Source: an uncultured Gammaproteobacteria bacterium
GTDB taxonomy: Bacteria > Patescibacteriota > Patescibacteriia > Magasanikbacterales > UBA922
Assembly: GCA_964550845.1 (NCBI GenBank)
Contig: CAZKAD010000003.1
Location: 447-64,446, forward strand
DNA length: 64,000 bases
Reading direction: 5' to 3'
Position 1 is the first letter of the stretch, and every line of letters begins with the position of its first letter. Made by a program: the position numbers and the translations under genes. Of this stretch, positions 63,112 to 64,000 are shown piece after piece. The notes beneath the pieces were generated by a model that was not told the DNA's origin, searched no databases, and saw only the letters and a program-made list of their open reading frames with translations.

Positions 63112-63405
63112 TTACCATAAGAAATAGTAAGAAAACCATGCTCTCGAATAGAGCTTAGTAATGCATTTGGTTCCATCTTTACATCTCATTCCTCCATGAC
63201 GAGCTCGATAACTTCTCCTTCTAACAGGGTCGTTATGGTCTTTGTGTTTCCAGATTCCACCGCCAAGTGAAACTGGAACTGAATCTCGATAATGTTGGTA
63301 ATTTTTGTTTCCGAATGATACTCTCTTTCCATTCGGCAAAATAGCAGTGTATTTGGCGTCGCCTGATCCGCGAACAAAACGAATACCTTTCGGAAGACGG
63401 GGCAT
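63112..63405 (-). CDS. Small basic protein (hypothetical)
   Basis: 97 aa, rich in Gly/Arg/Lys (KYTAILPNGKRVSFGNKNYQHYRD...GGGIWKHKDHNDPVRRRSYRARHGG). Confidence 0.45.
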   Translation of the reverse strand: MPRLPKGIRFVRGSGDAKYTAILPNGKRVSFGNKNYQHYRDSVPVSLGGGIWKHKDHNDPVRRRSYRARHGGMRCKDGTKCITKLYSRAWFSYYFLW

Positions 63406-63437
63406 TTCAAAAAGAGATAATAAATTTCCGAAGAAAT

Positions 63438-63935
63438 TTATTTCAAGAAGTTTAATGCTTGCTGAGCACGTCGGTTAATGTATCCACATTGTCGATCTAA
63501 CTCTTCGGCTGTTATTTTAATCTGTTCAACCGATGGAAGTTGATAATATCCAATGTGTTGCTTTCGAATGTCTTTCAAATCCGAAATTTTATGAACCAAA
63601 GGTCCATCAGCAAGGATCTCAATCGAATGTTGATTAGTTAATGGTCCTTCAAACTTGACTATTCGGAGAAAAGTTGGCTTTTCTGCCGAGCAAAAAACTT
63701 GAGGTTCAAAAAGGACAGAAAGAAACTTGCCCGTCATATCCTCAAACAGAAATAGACTGTAGCGAAAATGATCATTGAAAATGAAGATTATTTTCGAGAC
63801 TAAAAAAGATGTTTTTCTCTTTTCTTCCTTACTCTTCTCTTCTTGATTGAATTGATCTAGCCAAGATTGAGCGTAAAGCTTTGAAGCAGTTTTGTCGAGT
63901 TCAATTGCATCCAAACGATTTTGAAATGGAATCAA
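63438..63935 (-). CDS. Hypothetical protein
   Basis: 165-aa ORF near the window end. Confidence 0.5.
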   Translation of the reverse strand: MIPFQNRLDAIELDKTASKLYAQSWLDQFNQEEKSKEEKRKTSFLVSKIIFIFNDHFRYSLFLFEDMTGKFLSVLFEPQVFCSAEKPTFLRIVKFEGPLTNQHSIEILADGPLVHKISDLKDIRKQHIGYYQLPSVEQIKITAEELDRQCGYINRRAQQALNFLK

Positions 63936-64000
63936 AAACCACTTTAAACTTGCTTCAAGTAACTTTTCAAAGTGAAATGGATCTTTTTGATTAATAAGAT

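Noticed and set aside
1-64000. tRNA, rRNA and other structured RNA genes
   Set aside because: No cloverleaf-compatible 70-90 nt segments with conserved T-loop (GTTCRANYC) or D-loop signatures were recognised in the intergenic regions. The structured intergenic sequences are simple hairpins.
1-64000. Cellular (protist) nuclear genome
   Set aside because: Gene density is above 90%, there are no GT..AG intron interruptions of conserved domains, intergenic spacers are short and AT-rich with viral promoter octamers, and NCLDV hallmark genes are present.

Overview
This window reads as a dense, intron-free, two-strand block of a giant dsDNA virus genome (NCLDV, probably Imitervirales/Mimiviridae-like), not a cellular chromosome. 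Coding regions are about 38-42% GC and intergenic regions are AT-rich. The evidence for the viral assignment is as follows. (1) The Mimiviridae early-promoter octamer AAAATTGA, or TCAATTTT for minus genes, sits 30-100 nt upstream of at least 9 start codons. (2) Short intergenic palindromic hairpins sit at most gene ends, in the manner of the Mimiviridae hairpin rule, but here they have a conserved sequence: TTAAACG, then a stem-loop with core TCCTYGARGGA, then GGTTAAA. (3) The gene content is typical of NCLDVs. It includes a Pol X, an SF2 D6/A18-like helicase, a multidomain mRNA cap-modifying enzyme (NADAR + PTP-like + Tgs1-like methyltransferase + VP39-like 2'-O-methyltransferase), a Nudix hydrolase, a Ser/Thr kinase, (GPT)n collagen-like fibre proteins, glycosyltransferases and many paralogous families. 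Other notable genes are a Skp1 homolog, a six-member family sharing an F-box-like motif ('FLTxDLYDPRLLxLIxxF'), a membrane RING-like protein, a hybrid histidine kinase with a receiver domain, a Lon-type AAA+ ATPase with no protease domain, a dNMP-kinase/HAD-phosphatase fusion, a DHH phosphoesterase, a DUF2493 (SLOG) protein, a SWIB domain protein, a metallophosphatase and two large tandem paralogs with a nucleotidyltransferase-fold motif. There is also a cluster of highly charged low-complexity proteins (RD/RH repeats, SPKK and RS/KS-rich basic proteins), one of them fused to a pseudokinase. I saw no rRNA, tRNA or CRISPR features. Every functional call below rests on motif-level reading of the supplied translations, because no database search was possible.
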